This document shows positions 1 through 9,374 of a DNA stretch of 64,000 bases, one piece after another. A program made the position numbers and the translations under genes. Source of the DNA: Pyrodictiaceae archaeon (GTDB taxonomy: Archaea; Thermoproteota; Thermoprotei_A; Sulfolobales; WANQ01); assembly GCA_015521735.1 (NCBI GenBank), contig WANQ01000038.1, forward strand, positions 30,705-94,704. The letters run 5' to 3'. The first letter of the stretch is position 1. Each line of letters starts with the position of its first letter. Below the pieces are notes generated by a model. It made no database searches and had not been told where the DNA came from. It saw only the letters and a program-made list of their open reading frames with translations.

Positions 1-31
1 AATAATATCAATGAATGGTGTAGCCCTTAAC

Positions 32-108
32 GCCGCCGTAGCTCAGCTCGGTAGAGCGCCGGCCTCGTAAGCCGGTGGTCGCGGGTTCGAATCCCGCCGG
101 CGGCTCCA
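32..108 (+). tRNA. tRNA-Thr (anticodon CGU), CCA encoded
   Basis: Cloverleaf read by eye: acceptor GCCGCCG/CGGCGGC, D arm GCTC..GAGC, anticodon stem CCGGC/GCCGG with loop CTCGTAA, T arm GCGGG-TTCGAAT-CCCGC, discriminator T then CCA. Confidence 0.9.
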
Positions 109-1362
109 TTATAGGTTTCTTTCAGTGTTGGCGCTAGACTTCACTTCCGTAATGTATTTATTCTCAACTATTATCTTTCCATTCTTTATAACGTATCTAG
201 GTGCTTCGTGGTTCAATAATAGTTCTCTAAGTGTTGGGTAGCCGTGTACTAGTAGATCTGCTTTACATCCCTCCATTACTCTTCTACAATAGTCTTTTAG
301 CCCCATTGCCTTAGCAGCTCTCCAGGTAACCATGTCGTATATTATTTTGATTTTATCTGGTGTAGTCCACCACATTATATGTGATGCTAGAAATGCTACT
401 TCAAGCATATTATTTCTACCATAAGGGTAATAGGCGTCAACTATATCGTCTTGACCTAATGCTACATTCACGTTTTCCTCAAGCAATAAGTCTACTCTTG
501 CATGCAACGGCCCCGTATGTGGATCAACAATTACCGATATACCAGCTTTCCTTAACTGACGCGCCAGCTTCCTAGTATACGTATCAGGGTATAGGGCCAT
601 AGCACGAGCGTGGTGAGCTGTTACACGGTTAATCCATCCATGCTTTAATGTTGCTCTAGCTAATTTCTCAGTAGTTCTAAGCGTAGGATCTCCAGCATCA
701 TCTACAAGCATTGCTACGTCTCTATTATACTCCTTAGCTATATTGAATGCTACTTCTATATGCTTCCACTCATCTTCATCACTATCTTCTATCCACGGTA
801 TGCCTCCAACAATGTCTGCTCCAAGCTCAACTGCTTTATACAACAACTCCTCGGCTCCAGGTTCACGGACGATACCGTCCTGAGGAAAGGCTACTACTTG
901 TAAACTAATGTATTCTTTAAACTCCTCCTTAGTTTTAAGTAAAGTTTTAACACCTTCAAGTCTAGCCTTACTATCAACATCAGCGAAGCCGCGGATATAC
1001 AATGTACCAAACCTTAATGCCTCCTTCAACGCCCTCCTAACATTAGCAATAATCCACTTCTCATCATACTTCTCCTTAACCTTACTAGCAAGCTCAATAG
1101 CACGAATAGAAGAACCCATACCACCTCCATGATAATATTTTAATGCATCACCACCAATCATCTCAAAAGTATAAACCTTACACAAATGTAGATGAGGATT
1201 AACAAATACTGGTGTAACAAGTCCTCCACCAGCATCAATTTCCTCAACACCTCTCTCAGAAACACGCCTAGAAACCAATTCTACAACACCATTACTAATA
1301 GCAATATCATAAACACCTTCTCTATCAACAAGTCTAGCCCTCCTAATAACAAGATCATACAT
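109..1362 (-). CDS. Metal-dependent amidohydrolase (cytosine deaminase / AtzC-like)
   Basis: Long ORF with an N-terminal HxH metal motif (VNPHLHLCK) and overall amidohydrolase-superfamily layout. Start moved to the ATG at 1362 (MYDLVIRRARLV). Confidence 0.65.
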   Translation of the reverse strand: MYDLVIRRARLVDREGVYDIAISNGVVELVSRRVSERGVEEIDAGGGLVTPVFVNPHLHLCKVYTFEMIGGDALKYYHGGGMGSSIRAIELASKVKEKYDEKWIIANVRRALKEALRFGTLYIRGFADVDSKARLEGVKTLLKTKEEFKEYISLQVVAFPQDGIVREPGAEELLYKAVELGADIVGGIPWIEDSDEDEWKHIEVAFNIAKEYNRDVAMLVDDAGDPTLRTTEKLARATLKHGWINRVTAHHARAMALYPDTYTRKLARQLRKAGISVIVDPHTGPLHARVDLLLEENVNVALGQDDIVDAYYPYGRNNMLEVAFLASHIMWWTTPDKIKIIYDMVTWRAAKAMGLKDYCRRVMEGCKADLLVHGYPTLRELLLNHEAPRYVIKNGKIIVENKYITEVKSSANTERNL

Positions 1363-1618
1363 AACACACATACCCCAACACAAAAGCTCTAATAAGCTAC
1401 AACTTATACTAAACTACAAACTCAGTAAAGAACGAGTATCCCACATCAAGCAAACCATAACTACAAATACAAAACACCATTAAGAACCTGTGGGCCTAGT
1501 TCACAGCATAGCTGTTATCTAAATAAACTAACGATCCTCAACTAGATGGAACTACGTCCGGCCTCAAATTGTATAGGAAGCTCTTAAGGTTGATGGGCGT
1601 GGGAGTTAAGAAGGGTGG

Positions 1619-1757
1619 GTGGCGGCCCGATCCCAGCTTGGGGGAGCTGCGGAGCCTCTCGGACTCCACAGCTACCCCCAACGCGGCCGGCTTAACTTCC
1701 GGGTTCGATATGAGTCCGGGTGTTGCCCGGCCGCTATGGCCGGGTCGGGCCGCCAGC
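1619..1757 (-). rRNA. 5S rRNA (ends approximate)
   Basis: The reverse complement contains GGCAACACCCGGACTCATATCGAACCCGGAAGTTAAGCC, the conserved archaeal 5S core. Terminal helix GGCGGCCCGA/TCGGGCCGCC. GC-rich island in AT-rich surroundings. Confidence 0.85.
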
Positions 1758-1844
1758 TAGTTCATGTGTCTAAGGGATTTATAAGCGTTATTTCTAATGA
1801 TGTGTTTTTGTATTCATTATTGGTTGTTGTGAGAGAAGTGGTTA

Positions 1845-1920
1845 TGGTAGCCGGGCGGGGATTCGAACCCCGGTCACGGGGGCCAAAGCCCCGCATCCTT
1901 GACCGCTAGACGACCCGGCT
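1845..1920 (-). tRNA. tRNA-Gln (anticodon UUG), no intron, CCA encoded
   Basis: Reverse complement AGCCGGGTCGTCTAGCGGTCAAGGATGCGGGGCTTTGGCCCCCGTGACCGGGGTTCGAATCCCCGCCCGGCTACCA. Anticodon loop CTTTGGC. Confidence 0.9.
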
Positions 1921-2070
1921 ATCCAGCGTTTCTAGTCTGCGATTTTAGTGTTTTTATAGTCTATCCTCTTCGCCCGCTTTATTTCTAATTGAATGGTGTT
2001 ACCAGGATATTACCTATAAGGTCTACTTATTAGCATTTTTAAGCTATACTACCTCTATGGGTAGAGTGTA

Positions 2071-2586
2071 GTGGTTATTAGTGCTCAGCGTAAGCGTAGA
2101 ATTGAGTTAGTAGTGCTAGCATTGAAAGATAATAGTATAAATCCTAGTTTATTAAAGGGTTTTAGTGGTAAACTCATTGTACAAAAAGTTGCCTACCTCC
2201 TACAGGAAGCTTTTGGAGTAGACTTGGGAGTTAGCTTTGTCTGGCACTCATATGGGCCCTATAGCTATGAAATAGCAAGAGACTATAAGCTAATAAACAC
2301 GTTTTTAGCTCAAAACAATGTTAATACTAACACCATTGAAGACTATAGAGTTAAGGGTATTAGAGAGTTCAGAGAATTCCTAAGATCTTTGAGGAAGAAG
2401 CTTGCTTTAAACGAGGATGAGGTAGGGTATTGGCTTGAAATAATCGCTAGCCTATACATGTTGTCTAAGAAGATATACCCTCCACCAGAAGACGTTGTAG
2501 ATGAACTACTTGAACGTAAACCCTATGTATCCCGTAAGGACGCGTTAAGAGCCTTAATGTTTCTTAGGGAGGAAGGACTCTTATAG
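2071..2586 (+). CDS. Panacea/SocA (DUF4065)-like small protein, possible antitoxin
   Basis: 171 aa. The stretch KLIVQKVAYLLQEAFGVDLGVSFVWHSYGPYSYEIARDY fits the remembered Panacea signature (QK..Y...G.....F.W..GP...E.Y). GTG start. Confidence 0.45.
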   Translation: MVISAQRKRRIELVVLALKDNSINPSLLKGFSGKLIVQKVAYLLQEAFGVDLGVSFVWHSYGPYSYEIARDYKLINTFLAQNNVNTNTIEDYRVKGIREFREFLRSLRKKLALNEDEVGYWLEIIASLYMLSKKIYPPPEDVVDELLERKPYVSRKDALRALMFLREEGLL

Positions 2587-2618
2587 AGGTAATACCATTT
2601 AGCCTAAAATAGGTAGAC

Positions 2619-3923
2619 GTGTATAGGCAAAACGCCTTGAAGCCAAGTACGTGGAGTAGTTCAGAGCTAAAATACGTTACGAGAATATATGATGAACTAC
2701 ACGGCTACATAGGGTTAACAGAACTTGAATCACGTGTAATTGATACACCTGTCTTCCAAAGACTACGTAGAATAAAGCAACTCTCAGCTGCATGGCTAGT
2801 ATATCCTGGTGCAGTTCATACAAGGTTTAGTCATAGCATAGGAGTAATGTACATAATGGGTATTATAGCTGAGAAACTAGCAAGAGAAGGCTATATTCCA
2901 GGTGACGATATACAACTTCTTAGATTAGCAGCATTACTACACGATATAGGACACTACCCCTACAGCCATACACTTGAAGCCTACTACCTAAAAATGGATG
3001 GACCAAGCCATGAACAACTAGCTAAATACATAATACTAAAAGATCCAGACCTATCAGACATAATATCATCCTCAAACATAGATCCATGGGAGATAATCTC
3101 AATAATAGAGGGTAGACACAAAGAACCAGTATACAACATGTTACTTGGAAGCGACCTAGATGCTGATAGAGCAGACTATCTACCAAGAGATGCACTGCAT
3201 ACAGGTGTAACATATGGTGTAATAGACCTACATAGAATAATAGACACCTTAACAGTAAGCGATGATGGCTCACTAGCAGTATCCTACAAGGGTCTACATG
3301 CAGTAGAAAACTTCTACGTAGCTAGATTCCACATGTACAAGTCCGTCTATTACCATAAAACCATAATAGGATATGAATCACTACTAAGACTTATAATAGA
3401 GGCAGTAGCCGAAGAACTAGACGACGTAGAAGCCGAAAAACTGAAACCAAACTGGGTGTATAAGGCTATAGAGCAAGGAGAATATCCTTACTGGGAAGAT
3501 TACTGGATACACATATTATTATATAAGGCATTAAAGGATAGAAGCGTGAGTGATGACACTAAAAGACTAATAAAACTCTTTCTTGATAGGAGAGGGTACA
3601 AGAACATACTAGACTTATCGTACACGTCCAATACACCTATGACAAATAACGATAGCAATAAGTTGATGGGACTATATGAAGAGTTAACAAAGACTATTCC
3701 TAAAAATGCTGTAATAGTATTCGCTGACTCAGTACCAATAGTAAAGGAAGATGAAGCAGTAAGAGTAATACTACCCAACGGATCAATAGAATGGATTACA
3801 AGTTCAAGCATTGACACAATAATAAATACACTACCCAGATACTATATTGTACTAAGAGTCTACGTAGACCCTATATACGCTAACCTAGCAAAAAATCAAT
3901 TGGTGAAAAACATTCGCAAATAA
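2619..3923 (+). CDS. HD-domain phosphohydrolase, SAMHD1/dGTPase-like (COG1078 type)
   Basis: 434 aa with RFSHSIGV, LLHDIGHYPYSH and DLDADRADYLPRD, the H..HD..D set of SAMHD1-like dNTP triphosphohydrolases. Confidence 0.8.
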   Translation: MYRQNALKPSTWSSSELKYVTRIYDELHGYIGLTELESRVIDTPVFQRLRRIKQLSAAWLVYPGAVHTRFSHSIGVMYIMGIIAEKLAREGYIPGDDIQLLRLAALLHDIGHYPYSHTLEAYYLKMDGPSHEQLAKYIILKDPDLSDIISSSNIDPWEIISIIEGRHKEPVYNMLLGSDLDADRADYLPRDALHTGVTYGVIDLHRIIDTLTVSDDGSLAVSYKGLHAVENFYVARFHMYKSVYYHKTIIGYESLLRLIIEAVAEELDDVEAEKLKPNWVYKAIEQGEYPYWEDYWIHILLYKALKDRSVSDDTKRLIKLFLDRRGYKNILDLSYTSNTPMTNNDSNKLMGLYEELTKTIPKNAVIVFADSVPIVKEDEAVRVILPNGSIEWITSSSIDTIINTLPRYYIVLRVYVDPIYANLAKNQLVKNIRK

Positions 3924-4302
3924 TAAAAACAAAGTAGAAGTCATTGCACATATACTCTTAGACCAGTCAACACATATTGAAGAAGTACAAGGAAAAGTAT
4001 TCATACACTTCTCCCCTAAAGGTAAGATAAGTCATCTAGACCTAGAATCAGATGATCTAAAGAAAATAATTGTACGTAGAGGTGGATGGTTCAATACAAC
4101 TATATATGAGAACAGACTCATAATAGATTTATCAAGGCTAATCAAAGGTTTACGACTAACCATAGTCTTCAACCATGAACTATTAGAGAAAGGTAAAGTA
4201 ATTAATAGTAAAGCACATATTCGTGTAAAGTACAACGGCCTAACCATGCGTTTCAAGAACAAATTACTCATAAAAATACTTGAAGATATTGTAAAGAAAT
4301 AA
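3907..4302 (+). pseudogene. Protein-like 131-codon open frame without ATG/GTG/TTG start, +1 frame relative to the HD gene
   Basis: The frame is open from 3907 to TAA at 4300-4302 and the first ATG is at 4246. The translation (..VEVIAHILLDQSTHIEEVQGKVFIHFSPKGKISHLDLESDDLKKIIVRRGGWFNTTIYENRL..IRVKYNGLTMRFKNKLLIKILEDIVKK) looks like real protein. The antisense ORF 4032-4316 is S/L/F-rich junk. Confidence 0.35.
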
Positions 4303-4425
4303 TTAAACCTAAACATGCTAATAAAATAATATTTGTAGATATATTAATATAACGATGTTTTCTACCAATCTTATGAAAAATATTTAATAGGAGCTGAGAC
4401 AAATAAGCCACATGGCTGAACTATA

Positions 4426-4776
4426 TTGCAGTTCCAGGAAACAAGCTTAGTGGCAGCTAACGAATTCATAGATCTAGTAGATGATAGTATTAGAAGAATA
4501 GTTAGTACTTTAGAGGAAGTATTATTAGAGGATGGAATTAAGCCAACACTGGAACTTAGATTAGCAATTGAGAAAATAGTGAGAAAGGCTTATCGTGAAG
4601 CATTTATTAGAAAGAACTGTTCACCGCAGTTCTTAGCTGAAATAATAGCGAAGCCCGTAATAGCTAGGTTATACCCACGTAAAAAATGGAGTAATGTAAT
4701 GTATAGAATACTTTGCCGTTTATCAAGTAACAATAATGTGTGTACGAAAAAGAATTTAAAAAGAATTCTAAATTAA
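4426..4776 (+). CDS. Hypothetical protein immediately upstream of the mbx-like cluster
   Basis: 116-aa ORF with TTG start and a helical-looking sequence. No family recognised. Confidence 0.4.
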   Translation: MQFQETSLVAANEFIDLVDDSIRRIVSTLEEVLLEDGIKPTLELRLAIEKIVRKAYREAFIRKNCSPQFLAEIIAKPVIARLYPRKKWSNVMYRILCRLSSNNNVCTKKNLKRILN

Positions 4777-4795
4777 GGATTTGGTGATTGATGAA

Positions 4796-6379
4796 ATGTC
4801 TTTAGAGTACGCTGTAAGCTCGCTTGCAGCTCTATCACCACTTATAGCAATTATTTCAGCATTCACTATACCCTTAATCTATACATGGTTTAAGAGTAGA
4901 AAACTTGTATTCGCTATATCAGAAACGGTCCTAGTAGTTAATGCATTGATAACACTTACTGTATTCAATTATGTATTTAGCACTAATAGGATAATATACT
5001 ATATGTTTGCAGGTTTTCCTCCACCTCTTGGAATAGCCTATGAAGTAGATGTATTAGGAGCTTTTATGGGTGTCCTCATAGGATTAATTTTTCCATTCAT
5101 AAATATATTCTCATACAAGTATCTTGAAGAGTATAGCGGTATTGAATGGTACTACACCTTATACCTAGGATTAGAAGCAGGTCTACTAGGCATTGCTTAT
5201 ACTGGCGATATATTCAACTTATTCGTTATGCTAGAAGTTGCGTCAATAGCAGCTTACGCACTAGTAGCTTTCAAGAGGCATTTAGGCTATAGCCTAGAAG
5301 CATCAATTAAATATGCTATTGTAGGCTCAATAGCATCAACGATATACTTCATAGCAGTAGTACTAGCTTATAGCGGGCTAGGAACATTAAGTATGGCTGA
5401 TATAGCAGCTCATACAATAGGTACAAACACATTGTTTAACCTAACATACGGTTACACTACCAACGTAGGCGTTACACTAACATTATTACTAGGCTTAACG
5501 GTATGGGCTTTCATGATAGAAGCTGCCCTAGTACCACATCACTTCTGGCTACCAGATGCTTATTCTGCAGCACCTGCAACAGTTGCAGCAACACTTTCAG
5601 CTGTAGCTGAGGGCGTAGCAGTATACGTTATACTAAGATATGTGCACACTATAATCGGAGTAGAACAATCCCTATGGGTACTACCATTATTCCTAATCCT
5701 AGGCTCACTAGCAGCCATTTTCGGAGGCTTCATGATAACTGTACAGAATGAGTTAAAGAGGCTCATAGCCTATAGTACTGTAATGGATGTAGGCTTTATG
5801 TTCATAGGATTAGGGCTGAATACTCCAACAGCAATTACGGCAACACTATACTATGTTATGAGCCACGCTATTGTTAAGCCACTATTATTCCTTACTGCAG
5901 GCATGATTGAGAAAACCTATGGAACTACTAAACTTGAAGAACTTAGAGGAATGCTTAGGTCAACGCCAATACTAGCTCTAGGCTTATTTATTGGAGGTCT
6001 AGCTGTAGGAGGCATACCGCCAACAAATCTTTTTGTCGCAAAGCTATCATTAATAATATCAGTACTTGAAAAGGAATACTATCCATTGATAATAGTAATA
6101 GTACTCTCATCGGCACTAGCCCTAATAGGGTTCATGAGAGCATTTTATGCAACATATTTTGCTGTATCTAAGACAATTAAATCACCACAAACCACATTCA
6201 GCATCCTTAATACACTAATACTAGTTTTCGCAATACTTGTATTATTAACTGGAATACTCTACCCATATATTTCCTCAAATATCATATCCCCTATATCCGA
6301 GTATTTATTTAATCCAAATAATAGAATAGAATACGTTCGTATAGCTGAAGAATACCTCAAATTAATATTCCAAGGGTGA
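4796..6379 (+). CDS. mbxH: Mbx/MBS subunit H-like, MrpD/NuoN-family proton-conducting antiporter subunit
   Basis: Polytopic membrane protein with HFWLPDAYSAAPATVAATLSAV (NuoL/M/N-MrpD signature). ATG at 4796 is preceded by GGTGA. Alternative TTG start at 4781. Confidence 0.8.
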   Translation: MSLEYAVSSLAALSPLIAIISAFTIPLIYTWFKSRKLVFAISETVLVVNALITLTVFNYVFSTNRIIYYMFAGFPPPLGIAYEVDVLGAFMGVLIGLIFPFINIFSYKYLEEYSGIEWYYTLYLGLEAGLLGIAYTGDIFNLFVMLEVASIAAYALVAFKRHLGYSLEASIKYAIVGSIASTIYFIAVVLAYSGLGTLSMADIAAHTIGTNTLFNLTYGYTTNVGVTLTLLLGLTVWAFMIEAALVPHHFWLPDAYSAAPATVAATLSAVAEGVAVYVILRYVHTIIGVEQSLWVLPLFLILGSLAAIFGGFMITVQNELKRLIAYSTVMDVGFMFIGLGLNTPTAITATLYYVMSHAIVKPLLFLTAGMIEKTYGTTKLEELRGMLRSTPILALGLFIGGLAVGGIPPTNLFVAKLSLIISVLEKEYYPLIIVIVLSSALALIGFMRAFYATYFAVSKTIKSPQTTFSILNTLILVFAILVLLTGILYPYISSNIISPISEYLFNPNNRIEYVRIAEEYLKLIFQG

Positions 6380-6957
6380 TATCCTCTATGAATACTGGTA
6401 AGAGTAATCAAACAAAAAGTAGTAAAGGTAGAGGATTACGTTTAAGTAATTGGACTAGATCTAAGTCAATTTGGATGGTACACTATTGTTCAGCTTGTGG
6501 TGCAGTAGAATTACCACCAGTAGTAATGGCTCCCCTAGACTTTGAAAGATACGGCTTTATGCCTGCTCCTTCTCCTAGGCAAAGTGATGTCCTAGTAGTA
6601 ATGGGCTATGTTCCACGCAAAACACTACGCGTACTACTTAGACTATACAAGCAAATGCCTGAACCAAAATACGTCTTAGTAGGATGTAACTGTCCTGCAA
6701 CTGGTGGCCTCTACTGGGACTCATATGCAACTGTGAAAGATATAAGCAAATACCTTCCAGTTGACGTATGGGTACCTGGATGTATGCCGAGAGCAGATGA
6801 CTGGCTAAAAGGCTTCTTAGAACTAGCACGTAAAATTAGAGAAGGAAGAACGCCTGAAACACCTAGACCAGTAGAAGAATACCCTGGCTGGCTTGAAGAA
6901 GCTATTCTAGCAGAGCTAAGAGAAAGAGAAGAAAAGATGAGAAAAGAGAGAGGATAA
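6376..6957 (+). CDS. mbxJ: Mbx/MBS subunit J-like (NuoB / hydrogenase small-subunit-like, [4Fe-4S])
   Basis: SPRQSDVLVVMG, YKQMPEPKYVLVGCNCPATGG and VPGCMPR motifs, with Cys in YCSAC. Alternative ATG start at 6388. Confidence 0.85.
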   Translation: MISSMNTGKSNQTKSSKGRGLRLSNWTRSKSIWMVHYCSACGAVELPPVVMAPLDFERYGFMPAPSPRQSDVLVVMGYVPRKTLRVLLRLYKQMPEPKYVLVGCNCPATGGLYWDSYATVKDISKYLPVDVWVPGCMPRADDWLKGFLELARKIREGRTPETPRPVEEYPGWLEEAILAELREREEKMRKERG

Positions 6958-6960
6958 GCC

Positions 6961-7470
6961 TTGACCAATAATGTACTAGAGGAATTGAAAGCGAGTATAC
7001 CTAAGGAACTAGTAGAGGAAATAAGGTTATCTAAAGCTAAGAGCAACATAGTGGAAATAGTAATAAAACCTGAAAACCTGCGCAAAATAGCATTACATTT
7101 AAGGAATTTAGGCTTTAACTACTTTATAGGAATAGAGACTATTGATTGGTGGAAAAAAGATAATACATTTGAACTAATATACATGTTCTCATCAATAGAA
7201 CGTAATGGTCAACTAGTATTTGTTAGATTCAAGATACCACGAGATAACCCTGTAGTAGACAGCATCCATGATATATTTCCACTAGCATACTATCAGGAGA
7301 TAGAAAACTATGAGTTCTTTGGCGTAGTATTTAGAAACCATGGAGGCTTGAGAAAGTGGATTTTAGAAGGTAATTGGGATGGCCCACCACCTTTAAGGAA
7401 AGACTTTGACTCAAGGAAATGGGTTCTAGAAAAATACTATGGTGGCAAAAGATATGAGAGACCAATATAA
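6961..7470 (+). CDS. mbxK: Mbx/MBS subunit K-like (NuoC-like)
   Basis: 169 aa located between the NuoB-like and NuoD-like genes. YQEIENYEFFGVVFRNH resembles the NuoC core. Confidence 0.75.
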   Translation: MTNNVLEELKASIPKELVEEIRLSKAKSNIVEIVIKPENLRKIALHLRNLGFNYFIGIETIDWWKKDNTFELIYMFSSIERNGQLVFVRFKIPRDNPVVDSIHDIFPLAYYQEIENYEFFGVVFRNHGGLRKWILEGNWDGPPPLRKDFDSRKWVLEKYYGGKRYERPI

Positions 7471-7476
7471 GGTGAT

Positions 7477-8592
7477 ATGGTATTGGGTTTAAAAACAGTT
7501 GAGATATTCCTTGGCCCCCAGCATCCTGGAGCACCAGGTAATGTAGCATTCAAGCTAACACTAGATGGAGAGAGAGTAGTAGATGCAGAAGTTGTTCCAG
7601 GGTATCTTCACAGAGGATTCGAGAAGCTAATGGAGTATAGATGGTGGGAAGTAAATGTTGTAATGGCTCCACGCTTCTGCGTCGAAGACCCCGACAACTT
7701 TGAACTAGCCTACGTACTAGCAGTAGAAAACCTGTATGGCATAGAAGTACCAGAGAAAGCCAAATATGTACGTACAATAATAGCTGAAATGAGCCGTATT
7801 CAAAGCCACTTATTCTGGCTACTATTTATGGGAGCTGCTGTAGGTGCAAGATACATACCCTCATGGGCTATGGCTGCCAGAGAAGAAATCCTAAAATGGT
7901 ACGATTATATCACGGGGCATAGAATATACCATCACTACCTAGTTCCAGGAGGTATAAGATGGAATATACCTAGAGATTTCAGGGAACGTACACTAAAAGT
8001 GCTGAAATTCGTTAACAAAATAGTAGATGATATAAAGAAAGCTTTATACGAAAATAAGATATTCATTGCAAGAACTAGAGGTATAGGTATACTTAAACCA
8101 CAGGATGCAATTAGGCTTAGTGCTACTGGCCCAGTCCTAAGAGGATCAGGAGTAAGATATGATGTAAGGAAAGTAGACCCATATGAAGCATACGATGAAG
8201 TAGAATTCAATATACCGGTAGGCGAATACGGTGATACATATGATAGATGTCTTGTAAGGTTAAAGGAAATATATGAGAGTATGAATATTATACGCCAACT
8301 ATTAGATAAGGTTGAAAAATTAATTGACGATAAACATTACCGCTATAAAATACCACTAGTAGCACCTCCAGGTGAAGGTATTGGGAGGGTTGAGTCTGCA
8401 AGAGGAGAATACATAGTACACATAACAAGTACTGGAGGACAAACACCTTACAGAATAAGGCTTAGAACACCATCAATGCCTCACTTAACAACAGTCATTA
8501 AACACATAGTGAAGAACGAAGAAGTAACAATAGCTGACTTCCCCATAATAGTGAAAAGCCTTGATCCATGTGCACCAGATCTTGATAGGTGA
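7477..8592 (+). CDS. mbxL: Mbx/MBS subunit L-like (NuoD / NiFe large-subunit-like) lacking a full NiFe site
   Basis: 371 aa. N-terminal motif is RFCVED instead of R-x-C-G-x-C, and the C-terminal motif is DPCAPDLDR instead of DPC-x-x-C-x-x-R. Only one Cys is retained in each motif. Confidence 0.8.
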   Translation: MVLGLKTVEIFLGPQHPGAPGNVAFKLTLDGERVVDAEVVPGYLHRGFEKLMEYRWWEVNVVMAPRFCVEDPDNFELAYVLAVENLYGIEVPEKAKYVRTIIAEMSRIQSHLFWLLFMGAAVGARYIPSWAMAAREEILKWYDYITGHRIYHHYLVPGGIRWNIPRDFRERTLKVLKFVNKIVDDIKKALYENKIFIARTRGIGILKPQDAIRLSATGPVLRGSGVRYDVRKVDPYEAYDEVEFNIPVGEYGDTYDRCLVRLKEIYESMNIIRQLLDKVEKLIDDKHYRYKIPLVAPPGEGIGRVESARGEYIVHITSTGGQTPYRIRLRTPSMPHLTTVIKHIVKNEEVTIADFPIIVKSLDPCAPDLDR

Positions 8593-8598
8593 TAGTAA

Positions 8599-9081
8599 AT
8601 GGTTCTTGGAGCAATAATCCTTGGATTAAAGTACTTGTTCACAAGACCCTACACAAGACTAGTACCAGAGAAAGAACGACCATTCAAAACAGAGACTACT
8701 AGAGGTAAACACGTGTTATACATGGATAAGTGTACTGGATGTACAATGTGCCAGCGTGTGTGCCCTGCGGATGCCATACAAATGGTTAGAGTAGAAGGTG
8801 ATTGGAAGAGAAATAAGAAGAAGATATTCCCTAGAATAGACTTACACCGCTGTACCTTCTGTGCAATGTGTGTTGAAGTATGCCCTACTGGAGCTTTAGC
8901 TATGACTGATATAACAGGATGGGAGCTTACAACAGAAGATAAAGAAAAGACCATATACATGCCGTATGAACTAAGTGAACCTGAACCACCATACAGGATA
9001 ACTGTTTCAAAGAACGAGTGGCTTCCACCTCCACCATTCTACTCTAAGAAGAAGCTTATTGAGAAAACATCAAATAAATAG
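8599..9081 (+). CDS. mbxN: Mbx/MBS subunit N-like (NuoI-like 2x[4Fe-4S] ferredoxin)
   Basis: Two CxxCxxCxxxCP motifs: CTGCTMCQRVCP and CTFCAMCVEVCP. Confidence 0.85.
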   Translation: MVLGAIILGLKYLFTRPYTRLVPEKERPFKTETTRGKHVLYMDKCTGCTMCQRVCPADAIQMVRVEGDWKRNKKKIFPRIDLHRCTFCAMCVEVCPTGALAMTDITGWELTTEDKEKTIYMPYELSEPEPPYRITVSKNEWLPPPPFYSKKKLIEKTSNK

Positions 9082-9092
9082 GTGGAAGCATA

Positions 9093-9374
9093 ATGGACTT
9101 GGCAATAGTTAAATCAATAGTATCTGGGCTAATGGTACTATTCATAACAGCAATAGTGCTATATACTATAAGGATAATCAGAGGACCCACAATACCAGAC
9201 ATGGTATTAGCGGTAGATGCTCTAGCATACGATATGGCTGTAATGATAATAGCATTATCATTTCTATTCAACACACCATACCTTGCAGTTGCCTCACTAC
9301 CCCTTGTATTGTGGGCTTACATTCTAGACATGTATGTAGCAAAATACCTTGAGAGAAAAAGTATAGGTGACTAG
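9093..9374 (+). CDS. MrpF/MnhF-like membrane subunit (MbxB position)
   Basis: 93-aa membrane protein with RIIRGPTIPDMVLAVDAL (MnhF signature R..GP...DR..A.D). Confidence 0.7.
   Translation: MDLAIVKSIVSGLMVLFITAIVLYTIRIIRGPTIPDMVLAVDALAYDMAVMIIALSFLFNTPYLAVASLPLVLWAYILDMYVAKYLERKSIGD

Noticed and set aside
1569-1909. ORF-track entries 1569-1760 and 1619-1909 (+).
   Set aside because: They lie entirely over the 5S rRNA and tRNA-Gln genes. The Gly/Arg/Pro-rich translations are artefacts of GC-rich structural RNA.
4032-4316. 94-aa minus-strand ORF.
   Set aside because: The S/L/F-rich low-complexity translation is typical of the antisense shadow of an A-rich coding strand. The plus-strand frame 3907-4302 reads like real protein instead.
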